This document shows positions 9,843 to 18,408 of a stretch of 64,000 nucleotides of DNA, piece by piece. Position 1 is the stretch's first letter. Each line of letters opens with the position of its first letter. Origin of the DNA: Minisyncoccota bacterium (GTDB taxonomy: Bacteria; Patescibacteriota; Minisyncoccia; Phycocordibacterales; Phycocordibacteraceae); the NCBI GenBank assembly GCA_036399335.1, contig DASWNF010000014.1:209642-273641 (forward strand), read 5' to 3'. Both the position numbers and the translations under genes were made by a program. The notes below the pieces were generated by a model. That model did not search any database, was not told the origin of the DNA, and worked only from the letters and a program-made list of their open reading frames with translations.

Positions 9843-10457
9843 GTGTCTATGGAACCGAAACCCATCCTATTCGTAGATTTCGACGGCACCCTCTGTCAGG
9901 ATCGCTTCTGGCGTAGCTTGCCTGCGGACAAATACCAGAAGGTACAAGAAGTGCTCTTCGGCGACGATAGGGCATATCTCCAAGCGTGGATGAAGGGCGG
10001 ACATACGTCCGAAGAGGTAAACCAGATGCTCGCCGGACATCTCGGCATGCCCTTCGAGGAATTGTGGCGGCTTTTCGTGCACGATGCCGCAACCATGGAG
10101 GTTTCAACAGAGGCGCTAGAGATGATAAGGGGCCTGCGTAATGCGTACACCACTATCCTAATTACGGTGAACATGGACAGCCTGTCACGATTTACGGTCC
10201 CGGCGCTTAAGCTCGACGCCTATTTTAATGACATCAGTAATTCTTACTACGAAGGTAAGTTTAAAAACGATAACGGTGGGGAAGTCTTTAGGGACTACCT
10301 GAATAAATATGAAGCGCCTGTAGAGCGCAGCATCCTTATTGATGACTCATCGACTGCGTGCGAGACCTTCCGTACGCTAGGGGGTGTGGCCTACCAGGTC
10401 ACGCATGAAGAAGACGTCGTACGTCACTTAGGCAGGTCCGTACCACTGCCTGCGTAG
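9843..10457 (+). CDS. HAD-superfamily hydrolase
   Basis: motif I FVDFDGTL near N-terminus, LIDDS motif IV-like. Confidence 0.6.
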   Translation: MSMEPKPILFVDFDGTLCQDRFWRSLPADKYQKVQEVLFGDDRAYLQAWMKGGHTSEEVNQMLAGHLGMPFEELWRLFVHDAATMEVSTEALEMIRGLRNAYTTILITVNMDSLSRFTVPALKLDAYFNDISNSYYEGKFKNDNGGEVFRDYLNKYEAPVERSILIDDSSTACETFRTLGGVAYQVTHEEDVVRHLGRSVPLPA

Positions 10458-10460
10458 GCT

Positions 10461-10742
10461 TTAGCTCCCCGAGAAACCTGGGATATTGAAAATGCCGACA
10501 GCTAGGTCTGCCCAGATTACAAGTACGGCAAATATCGCGCCAAGGGCGAGGACGATTCGATGGCCCTTCTTAGGTACCCGGTTTGCAATGAACTCGTAGG
10601 CAAATCCGGCGCCGAGGAGTAGGGCGCCGATAACGACGAAGTCCCCCAGGCCCCAATTCACCTGGTCGGTAAACAGCATTGCTATCAAGGGGATGAGTAA
10701 TATGAGCGCTGTGCCGAGCAAGATACGGGTGCTGTTTTTCAT
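10461..10742 (-). CDS. small membrane protein
   Basis: two TM helices, 93 aa. Confidence 0.4.
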   Translation of the reverse strand: MKNSTRILLGTALILLIPLIAMLFTDQVNWGLGDFVVIGALLLGAGFAYEFIANRVPKKGHRIVLALGAIFAVLVIWADLAVGIFNIPGFSGS

Positions 10743-10837
10743 AATTGCTATAACACTAGGGCTTACGTAAAAGTTTCCTTGCGATAAGTATATATAAGAG
10801 TCAGTAAAAGAACGCTATTGAAATGTATAATTCAGGC

Positions 10838-11782
10838 ATGTCCGAAAAACGCCCCTCACTCTCCAAGATGCCTGGCCAGCGCTTCGACCCTGCAGCCAGG
10901 GAGCGGCGGAAAGAGCTTGAGGCCTTAGATCTTCCGGAAGACGAATTAGTGAAGGCGCTTATTCCCGAGAAGGTAGACCTGGAGGGAGAAGTGCGGACAG
11001 CCGAGTCTTATGCCGTTTCAAGTTTTGTCATCGAAAAGTTCTGGGACTACCTCCGGACAAGAATTACGTCGGAAGCATTAACTCTACCGGAGAACCCGAA
11101 AGGGAATACGGTAAGCCAGCGCTTTGCGTACGCCTTGAGTGATAGCCTGGACGTATATCGGGACCAATTCATCGATGACTTCCGCAACTCCCTTACCGGG
11201 AAGCAGGACGAAGAGATATCAAAGGCAGACGCCCTTACGTTCCGCTACTTCCAAATGAAGAAAGAAGAGCTGGGACACATAGGATTCCCGTCGATGAAGG
11301 ACCTCGTATCCCTTATCGGTCGGATGGGGGATGTCGTGCCGCAGGTCTATGAAAGAGATCTGGGCCGTGTGCCCACCGAGGAGGAGCTGGTCGCCTCGCT
11401 TGGGCACCCTTCGCTCAAGCGCCTGTTTATGGAAATGATGACAAATAGCCGGAGTGCCGTTCAGGTGACCCTAAACCGGCTGGAAGATGGATTCTCTAAT
11501 CTGGATGACTATACCGGTACCTTTAACCCAAAATACTTTGAGGTACGCGAGTCGAACGGGCAGCCGCACGTCGCGCTTCGCCCTGAAGTCGTGGAGTGGA
11601 TTCGCAGCATGTGGGTGAAGGGAGCTGAAGCATTAGCTGAAAGGGGAATGGCTTTCCCAAGGGCCCTCCAATGCCCGGTCCTCTTTACAGGGAAGTTTAT
11701 AGAAATGCACGACTGGGTTGTCGGAGAGTTTAAGAAATTCAACCAGTTAGAGAAAAGCGGAGGCTTGGGAGCAACAGAATAG
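10838..11782 (+). CDS. hypothetical protein (lower-GC segment)
   Basis: long ORF; TATAAT + 6 nt + ATG at 10838 (MSEKRP) suggests leaderless start; no recognisable motifs. Confidence 0.5.
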   Translation: MSEKRPSLSKMPGQRFDPAARERRKELEALDLPEDELVKALIPEKVDLEGEVRTAESYAVSSFVIEKFWDYLRTRITSEALTLPENPKGNTVSQRFAYALSDSLDVYRDQFIDDFRNSLTGKQDEEISKADALTFRYFQMKKEELGHIGFPSMKDLVSLIGRMGDVVPQVYERDLGRVPTEEELVASLGHPSLKRLFMEMMTNSRSAVQVTLNRLEDGFSNLDDYTGTFNPKYFEVRESNGQPHVALRPEVVEWIRSMWVKGAEALAERGMAFPRALQCPVLFTGKFIEMHDWVVGEFKKFNQLEKSGGLGATE

Positions 11783-11811
11783 AGGCCTTACGGCTTGCTA
11801 CACTACTTTTA

Positions 11812-12849
11812 ATGAAAGAGTCTCCGTCAATGCGGCACACTCTCTACCCAGAGGAGAGAGGGGAACCCATCGCACAAACCTTGAAGCAGCTGCGAGACCA
11901 TTCCTACAACCTGGATGCTCACGCCGCCCGTGAGGGCGAATCGGTAAAGACCGAGATATACGCGCTCACGGCCTATATCCTTGAGCAGGTCCACCCTGAG
12001 GCGGTAAGACATCTATATGAGCGAGAGGGTGAGGTAGCGGCCTATGACAACCTCCGGTTCCCTTACGCGGAGGGAGCCACGCTTTCGACGTCTAAAGAGT
12101 ATGCGGCCCTAAGCCCGAGCGAATTGTTCAGCAGGATCCCAAACATCGAGGACGCATACCCGAGGGCTTTTAATCAAGCGCTTAAGCGCTGGCTAGCGGA
12201 GGAAGAGACGGATGGCTATGCCACGCATGCCTGGAGGAGGCTCAGCGAGTTAACGGGACAAGTTCACCCCGGCTCATTCGAGGAAGTCTCAAGAGGCGCA
12301 GCGGAATTCGTTACCCGAGGAGTCCATACGGCTGGGAAGGTCAGCTGGAATATCATGCGCGCCATCCCGATTGCCTACGAAGCAAGATTTAGCCGGGTAA
12401 TTACGCCGGACGAGTTCAGGGATCTAGCTAAGGAAGCGGAGACGCTAGTCATCATGCTCGCCTCAATGCATATATCCAGTTTCTCTAATACGTATGACTT
12501 TATAAGAAGCCGCGCGTCGTCTATAAGCCGGCATCGGCAGTTGGAGTACCCTCTAGAATTATTCAAGCTAGAAGTTAAGGACGGGGAGCCCACTATTGCC
12601 TTTGACGAGTTGACCGTTGCGGCATATGAGGAGTACAGGCAAAAGAAACAGGTTAAGCACGTCCGCGAAAACGAATCTCGCCTAGGATGTCCGGCACGGG
12701 ACGCGCGAGTCCAAGGAGCTACCGGAAGCCCGGAAAGCGTTGTCGCCTCGGTGCACCGTGCGTACCTGGATCTCGCGGGCAAGTATCTGGTCCCGAACCT
12801 TAAGAAGTACACGGAAGGAGCTGCACTGCATGCTGCTCGGGACTGGTAG
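11812..12849 (+). CDS. hypothetical protein (lower-GC segment)
   Basis: 345-aa ORF directly downstream of previous; no recognisable motifs. Confidence 0.5.
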   Translation: MKESPSMRHTLYPEERGEPIAQTLKQLRDHSYNLDAHAAREGESVKTEIYALTAYILEQVHPEAVRHLYEREGEVAAYDNLRFPYAEGATLSTSKEYAALSPSELFSRIPNIEDAYPRAFNQALKRWLAEEETDGYATHAWRRLSELTGQVHPGSFEEVSRGAAEFVTRGVHTAGKVSWNIMRAIPIAYEARFSRVITPDEFRDLAKEAETLVIMLASMHISSFSNTYDFIRSRASSISRHRQLEYPLELFKLEVKDGEPTIAFDELTVAAYEEYRQKKQVKHVRENESRLGCPARDARVQGATGSPESVVASVHRAYLDLAGKYLVPNLKKYTEGAALHAARDW

Positions 12850-13089
12850 GAGAAGAAGACCGCTTACGCGGTTTCTTCTATTGATGGGAGGTCCGTGAGA
12901 GGAGGGACTCACATGGGAAGTTCCAGAGTTCTTTGGGTACAAGAAGCGGGGTATCGAAACACTGTCCGATAAGTTCATCTAAAATACATATAAACTTAAG
13001 TAACTTAATCAAGTTCTATCAGTATCTATGGTACTGCCCATGAACAGTTGCTCTGTAGAGAGCGCGTATCAATTTAAGCTCACTATTAC

Positions 13090-13869
13090 ATGAACATGAC
13101 TAAATCCAGTTTCAGCACCCTGGCCCTCCTCGGGTTCATTGCGGTTCCTGCACTCACCTTCGCAGCCACGTACGAATACGTAGACACGAGCGGCAATGTC
13201 CGCACCGTCGAGGCAGATAACTCGGCCCAGGCTCAGGCCCGTGCCACTAATATCGCTCCACGAAGCGGAGTATCGCTCCATGGCGGTGCGGGTGCTTCGG
13301 CATCGGCGCATGCCATGCACGGTGGAACCGACACGAAGGCCGCAAGCCTCCGTGTCCTCCTGAACGCCCTTAACCGCGAGCATGCAAACCTCGCGTCCGA
13401 GACGCTTCGCCACGTGCACGACAACGATCCGAGTACGGCTGCGGCAGCAGGCGCGCTCGACAAAAACTCGATTGCGCTCGCGCAGTCAGTCGGAAGCGTA
13501 TACGGGCCTGAGGCAGAGAAGCAGTTCCTTGAGATTTGGAGGAGCCACATCGGTTTCTTCGTCGAGTACTCGACCGCCGCTCGCGCAGGCGACGAGAGTG
13601 GCATGGCACGCGCCGAGGCCAACCTCGCCGGCTATGTGAACCGTATCTCGGACTTCCTTTCGGGTGCAAACCCGAACCTCCCGCGCGCAGCCGTACACCA
13701 GGTGGTATCGACGCACGTCGCGCTCCTTAAGAGCACGGTCGATGCGCACGCTGACGGTGACTTCACGGCGTCTCACAGCCATCAGCGCGCGACCGATGCG
13801 CAAATCGGTACGGAGGTTGCGGATACCCTCGCCGGCGCAATCGTAAAGCAGTTCCCCGCAAAGTTCTAA
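13090..13869 (+). CDS. secreted hypothetical protein
   Basis: signal peptide MNMTKSSFSTLALLGFIAVPALTFAAT, His/Ala-rich. Confidence 0.5.
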   Translation: MNMTKSSFSTLALLGFIAVPALTFAATYEYVDTSGNVRTVEADNSAQAQARATNIAPRSGVSLHGGAGASASAHAMHGGTDTKAASLRVLLNALNREHANLASETLRHVHDNDPSTAAAAGALDKNSIALAQSVGSVYGPEAEKQFLEIWRSHIGFFVEYSTAARAGDESGMARAEANLAGYVNRISDFLSGANPNLPRAAVHQVVSTHVALLKSTVDAHADGDFTASHSHQRATDAQIGTEVADTLAGAIVKQFPAKF

Positions 13870-13900
13870 GCACGTATTAGGTATAGATGTTGCACGGACA

Positions 13901-13926
13901 TTCAGGAAGACTTCGGTCTTCCTGAA
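13901..13926 (+). terminator. hairpin ttcaggaagac-ttcg-gtcttcctgaa
   Basis: 11-bp perfect stem after 13090 gene; no clean T tract. Confidence 0.35.
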
Positions 13927-13959
13927 TACCGGTGAGGCATCGCCGACTAACCACTTCAT

Positions 13960-14373
13960 ATGAAAAACTTATCTTGGACCAATTATTTCGCTCTCCTCAC
14001 CCTCCTCTCCTTTGCTGCGGCAGGCGTCGCCTATGCCGCACAGGCAGAGGGCACGAAGCAAGCTGCCGTACCGGAGACCATACACCAGGTCGCGCTTATC
14101 GACGGCGAAGCGTTCCCGAACGAGCTCATAATCCCAATCGGAGACCGGGTGCAGTTCAACAGCCAAGACGGGCTTACGCACGACATCTCGACCGGGAAGG
14201 GAAACGACTACGACCATGAGCACGAGCACGTAACTACCGGTGTCTCGTCCGGTCACTTCGGGCCGGACGAGGCGTACCTTGTGACCCTCCCTGGCGCTGG
14301 TACCTACTACTTCCATGACCACTACAACCCCGACGCGTTCATCACCGTACTCGTGTACGAACCGGAGGCCTAG
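13960..14373 (+). CDS. secreted cupredoxin-like domain protein
   Basis: signal peptide; GDRVQFNSQDG...YYFHDHYNPD resembles cupredoxin fold strands; paralogous to 34424..34942. Confidence 0.4.
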   Translation: MKNLSWTNYFALLTLLSFAAAGVAYAAQAEGTKQAAVPETIHQVALIDGEAFPNELIIPIGDRVQFNSQDGLTHDISTGKGNDYDHEHEHVTTGVSSGHFGPDEAYLVTLPGAGTYYFHDHYNPDAFITVLVYEPEA

Positions 14374-14423
14374 CGGTTTAGCGCGGAGCCCAGTACCATT
14401 AGCAGCATGCTAGGCCAATCGCC

Positions 14424-14888
14424 ATGACCATACTCAAAAAACTCGCTGCCGCATCGCGCAACCATACGACGTATGACATCGGGCTCCTTCAGGCAAAGGT
14501 GTACCGGCTACTCAAGCAGCAGACCAATGCTGCGCTCGCGCCCCTTAACATCGCCAGCGTGCACTGGGCGCTTCTCGGCCTCGCGTACAAGAGCACGAAG
14601 GGAGTGCGCCCGAGCGAGGCTGCGCGCGAGATGGGCGTCGAGGCGCCCTTCGTGACGACGCTCGCGCAAGACCTGGTGAAGCTCGGCTACCTCGACCTCG
14701 TACGCGACCCGGACGACAGCCGCGCAAAACTCCTTTGCCTTACGGATGCAGGGAAGGCATTCGTAAACGAGACCGAACCATTCCTCCGCGCGAAGATGAA
14801 GGACTCGCTCAAGGACATCGGCATCAACGACCTCGGCACCTACGTAATGGTGCTCGAGCAGATTGTCCGGAATAGCCAGGGCAAGTAG
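14424..14888 (+). CDS. MarR-family transcriptional regulator
   Basis: winged-HTH region SEAAREMGVEAPFVTTLAQDLVKLGYLDLVRDPDDSRAKLLCLTDAGK typical MarR. Confidence 0.7.
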   Translation: MTILKKLAAASRNHTTYDIGLLQAKVYRLLKQQTNAALAPLNIASVHWALLGLAYKSTKGVRPSEAAREMGVEAPFVTTLAQDLVKLGYLDLVRDPDDSRAKLLCLTDAGKAFVNETEPFLRAKMKDSLKDIGINDLGTYVMVLEQIVRNSQGK

Positions 14889-14964
14889 TGAAGTGCTCCG
14901 TTAATCGGAGGCTCACTCTACTTTCGCTATGCATGCGGTATACGCCCACGTCTAACCATCATCC

Positions 14965-15621
14965 ATGAACGCTCTCATTTTCAACTGCACACTGAAGAAG
15001 TCGCCGACGGTATCAAACACGCAAGCTCTCATAGATAAAGTCGTGCGCGAATTCGACTCGCTTGGCGTTTCCTCCGAAGTCGTACGCATCGCTGACTACC
15101 ATATCGCTCCCGGAACGAGCTCCGACGAAGGTAACGGCGACCAGTGGCCGCAGCTTTTACCCAAAGTCCGCGCCTGCGACATCTTCATAATTGCTACGCC
15201 CATTTGGGTCGGCTTCACCGGTTCACTCGCGCAACGCGTCATCGAGCGCCTCGATGACGTCTTCCACAATGAGGAACACCAGGACCCCAAGACGGGCCAG
15301 ACGTTCTTTTATGGAAAGGTGGGTGGCACGATCGTAACCGGGAACGAAGATGGCGCGCATGGAGTCGTGGCGCGTGTAAACTGGGCGCTGAACGAATTCG
15401 GTTGCACCATCCCTCCCTCAGCCAATACGTACTGGGTGGGGAAGGCAGGCCCGGGCCCTAGTTATCTTGATGACGATGGGACCAGCTATCTCTATACAAA
15501 TAAGACCCTACGGCACATGGCGCATAACCTTGCCTACATGGCCGGGGTCCTGAAGGCGCATCCAATATCTACGAATCTGAATGCGCTTACCGAGGAAGCG
15601 AAGAAGGAAAGTCGGGAGTAG
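14965..15621 (+). CDS. flavodoxin-like fold NAD(P)H-dependent FMN reductase family protein
   Basis: MNALIFNCTLKKSP...DIFIIATPIWVGFTGSLAQRVIERLD... flavodoxin-like/NADPH-FMN reductase pattern. Confidence 0.6.
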   Translation: MNALIFNCTLKKSPTVSNTQALIDKVVREFDSLGVSSEVVRIADYHIAPGTSSDEGNGDQWPQLLPKVRACDIFIIATPIWVGFTGSLAQRVIERLDDVFHNEEHQDPKTGQTFFYGKVGGTIVTGNEDGAHGVVARVNWALNEFGCTIPPSANTYWVGKAGPGPSYLDDDGTSYLYTNKTLRHMAHNLAYMAGVLKAHPISTNLNALTEEAKKESRE

Positions 15622-15876
15622 CAAAATAGAAAACCACCCGAAGGCGGTTCTCTAATGTCCATATGTCTCCATATAGTTCTATATCGGTGGACACCCTGTC
15701 GGAAATTTGGAACCAGCTCGAAAGCTATGTTTTGCGCTCGTACGAACTGATACGCAACGCAGGGATGCTAGCTATTCCCAAGGAAAGTGCGGCGTAAGGG
15801 GTCACATGTTGGTAATAGAACCTACTAATATATCTAACAAAAGCCCCAGACAGAGTCCGGGGCCAAGGTAGTTTGT

Positions 15877-15920
15877 TTCTGTTGCCAAGCGGTCTACCAT
15901 CCGCTCCGAATCTTATTCAA
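15877..15920. repeat. 44-nt direct repeat copy 1 (ttctgttgccaagcgg-loop-ccgctccgaaNcttattca)
   Basis: near-identical to 16217..16260 except central loop and 2 flanking nt; contains short GCGG/CCGC hairpin. Confidence 0.8.
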
Positions 15921-15933
15921 ACGGTCCTACCGC

Positions 15934-16086
15934 TTAGCGCTTGGGGCGCTGCGCGGGCGGACGGGGCTGGGAAACCCCGGCCGAACCGGTATTGGCTCCG
16001 GCCATGCTCTCACCTCCTTTCTGATCGATTGAGGGACGGGGATTGGAGACCCCCGCAGAACCAACATTCACTCCTGACACGTACAT
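15934..16086 (-). CDS. small Gly/Ser/Pro-rich peptide, internally tandem-duplicated (candidate precursor peptide)
   Basis: minus-strand ORF MYVSGVNVGSAGVSNPRPSIDQKGGESMAGANTGSAGVSQPRPPAQRPKR (50 aa; below the 60-aa ORF-track cutoff). Two Shine-Dalgarno GGAGGTG boxes: one spaced 8 nt before an in-frame GTG three codons into the ORF (ATG 16084 itself has only a 2-nt spacer), one 6 nt before the internal ATG at 16005. Halves align at nucleotide level with differences concentrated at 3rd codon positions of this frame. Confidence 0.5.
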   Translation of the reverse strand: MYVSGVNVGSAGVSNPRPSIDQKGGESMAGANTGSAGVSQPRPPAQRPKR

Positions 16087-16216
16087 CACCTCCTCTCTCG
16101 TCAGACGGTTAAAGAACTAATCTCGATGAGACCTCGACGAATCAAGGGCTCAATAGAGGGGAGAAGTGGTGCTTCTCCCAGTAGTTTTATTTCCACCTCC
16201 TTTCGGATTGGGAAAC

Positions 16217-16260
16217 TTCTGTTGCCAAGCGGGATTGCACCCGCTCCGAAGCTTATTCAG
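16217..16260. repeat. 44-nt direct repeat copy 2
   Basis: see copy 1; lies between rSAM stop (16277) and peptide ORF. Confidence 0.8.
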
Positions 16261-16276
16261 CTCCGCTCCTCCTCGG

Positions 16277-17437
16277 TTACCCGAGGAATCGCTGCACAGT
16301 AGCCAACTCAGCGCTGAATGACTCCTTTCCGATTGCTCTCCACCACTTCTCAGCGGTTTCTGCGAATACGGTTGGGACGTCCAGTTCCTCGGACACTCGC
16401 GCGATGCTGAAGTGGGAAAGGTCGTTGCCTTTCGCATCCGTACCCCGCTGGAGGTCTTCCAGCGAATGTTGGATGCAGAAGGGAACCCTCCACCAACCGT
16501 CAGCATCAACAACGAGCGTCTCGTTGACCTGCAGAGATTTCGGATAGAAGTACAGCGGGATGCCCACATCGAGTACGATGGCGTTATATTCGACCATCGC
16601 GTTCGACAGAGCCTTCCGTGCCGTCTCCTTACCGAGAATCTGTAGCAGGACAACGAAGTCTGCGAGGGAGTACGTCCGGAGAAATACCGGACGCTCCCAC
16701 GTGGACCCAAGAAGCTGTTCCAGCGCCTTCGTTAGCTCCCGCTCATCCGCGCGCATGTGCTCGAGTCCAGGCCTCAACGACATAGTCGTCAGATGCCATT
16801 CATCGACCAGGGGAGCGAGCATTTCGCCCGTCTCCCGCACATCGTCGCAGTTGAGCGAGCTGAGCGTATAAAGCGACGTCACCTTCCCGGTTGGGCTTAC
16901 AAGCCGCCGAGCGTTGGTGAGTCCCTTCATCGCCCACGCGTAAGCCTGCTGGCTCGCGCGCTGTGCATTGTGGGTGCGTTCCGTCCCGTCCACCGATACG
17001 TCGAGCGTATCGATTTCAAGGCCTTCCCGCTCACAGAGCGACAGCATCGCCGGGGTCACGTATTGGCCGTTGTTAATGACCGATACGCTGTATCCGGCGC
17101 GCTTGATCGCTGCGAGGACCGGCACCTGATGCGGGAGCAGTTGCCTGCCCTCATGCACCAGGTGACCAGATCCTGTGAGCTGCTCGAGCACGGAGATCAG
17201 AACCTCCGCGCTGAGCCGTTCGGAGTATCCTTTCGGACCCTCGAACGGGAAGATGCAGTGCTCGCACTGCACGGCGCAACCACCACGTACGATCCACGAG
17301 AGAAGGGGAGGGATCTCCGAACGCAGCTGCGCCCGGATATGGTCTCCGAGATCTTCGCTGTGGACGACGGCGTGGAGCCAGGAGTCGATCGCCGTCCCAT
17401 TGGACGCCGACTCACTCGGGGTGGGGTCTTGGGTCAT
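16277..17437 (-). CDS. radical SAM domain protein
   Basis: CxxxCxxC cluster GGCAVQCEHC near N-terminus (aa ~53-60); 386 aa; no clear SPASM Cys cluster seen. Confidence 0.55.
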   Translation of the reverse strand: MTQDPTPSESASNGTAIDSWLHAVVHSEDLGDHIRAQLRSEIPPLLSWIVRGGCAVQCEHCIFPFEGPKGYSERLSAEVLISVLEQLTGSGHLVHEGRQLLPHQVPVLAAIKRAGYSVSVINNGQYVTPAMLSLCEREGLEIDTLDVSVDGTERTHNAQRASQQAYAWAMKGLTNARRLVSPTGKVTSLYTLSSLNCDDVRETGEMLAPLVDEWHLTTMSLRPGLEHMRADERELTKALEQLLGSTWERPVFLRTYSLADFVVLLQILGKETARKALSNAMVEYNAIVLDVGIPLYFYPKSLQVNETLVVDADGWWRVPFCIQHSLEDLQRGTDAKGNDLSHFSIARVSEELDVPTVFAETAEKWWRAIGKESFSAELATVQRFLG

Positions 17438-17649
17438 GGCGCATCTCCTGCTTGGCGTGATTGCCAGTCAACGTTCAAAACTCTGGTGTGATTCTGCGTT
17501 GAATCCAGGCTATAGTCAAGACAACTGACTCAAAAATGCAGGCATAAATAGCGCAATATGTCCTGTATATAGAAGCTATTATAAATACTAGTTACGATTA
17601 GTCGTCAGAAATATTGACACTAAATCAAAAATAGAATACGCTTTAAAAT

Positions 17650-18384
17650 ATGAATATCTCAGAGGCGCTATCGATCCTGGGCCTAAATGAGAAGCAGACG
17701 GCTGTTTACTTGGCCCTCCTTCAGCTCGGAAAGGGCAGTGCTTACTCGATCGCAGATAAAAGTGGGCTGAAGCGCCCGACCACTTACGTCATTCTTGGCG
17801 AGCTGGTCGATAAGGGTCTTGTCGAACGCGTCCCTAGAGCGCGTAAGCAGCTGTACCGCGCTATCTCTCCAGAACAGGCCTTTGGCGTGGCAGAGGAGAG
17901 GCTTTCGTTAGCTAAAGAGAAGCTACCTGAACTGCTCGCTATGACTAAGGGAGCAGAAACAAAGGTGAGCGCCATTTACTTCGAAGGGCAGAAGGGGTTA
18001 AAGCAGCTCATGGAGTACAAGCGTGACGAAGACAAAGGGAAAGAAGTTCGGGCTTTTTACGCTACTGCCGCGGGCCTGCCCCAGGAACTTGAAGACTACT
18101 TCAGCGAATACAACGAGAAGCTAAGGAAGCGAGGTGTCACAATGCGAGCGATAGTCCCAGATCACCCCTCCCTCGAGCCACATCGTGCTCTCGACGAACA
18201 TTTGAAACGCGATGTTAAGAAGGTGCCATATGATCAGTACTCCTCTGAGATTGCTATCGATATATCGGACCGCGTCGTGCGCATTCAGGACTATAAAAAC
18301 CTCCAGGGTATTGCCATAGAGAATGCCGACGTAGCTAAGACCATGCGGGAGATATTCGAGATGTTGTGGAGTAGGGTAGATTGA
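17650..18384 (+). CDS. TrmB-family HTH transcriptional regulator
   Basis: N-terminal LGLNEKQTAVYLALLQLGKGSAYSIADKSGLKRPTTYVILGELVDKGLVERV matches TrmB HTH; 244 aa. Confidence 0.7.
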   Translation: MNISEALSILGLNEKQTAVYLALLQLGKGSAYSIADKSGLKRPTTYVILGELVDKGLVERVPRARKQLYRAISPEQAFGVAEERLSLAKEKLPELLAMTKGAETKVSAIYFEGQKGLKQLMEYKRDEDKGKEVRAFYATAAGLPQELEDYFSEYNEKLRKRGVTMRAIVPDHPSLEPHRALDEHLKRDVKKVPYDQYSSEIAIDISDRVVRIQDYKNLQGIAIENADVAKTMREIFEMLWSRVD

Positions 18385-18408
18385 GCGGCCTGAAGATGAA
18401 GTAAGATA

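Noticed and set aside
12850-13089. Possible ncRNA in the AT-rich 240-nt gap before the 13090 gene
   Set aside because: No recognisable structure or conserved motif by eye; more likely a promoter/UTR of the secreted-protein gene.
15873-16112. Plus-strand 79-aa ORF spanning repeat copy 1 and the intergenic region
   Set aside because: No SD or promoter. The sequence differences between the two duplicated halves are synonymous for the minus-strand peptide frame, not this one.
15877-16260. Possible CRISPR array
   Set aside because: Only two repeat copies, with an ~300-nt non-spacer-like interval containing a translatable ORF with SD boxes, and no cas genes.
16150-16710. 186-aa minus-strand ORF overlapping the rSAM gene end and repeat copy 2
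   Set aside because: Out of frame with the rSAM CDS that carries the CxxxCxxC motif; Arg/Ser-rich low-complexity product.
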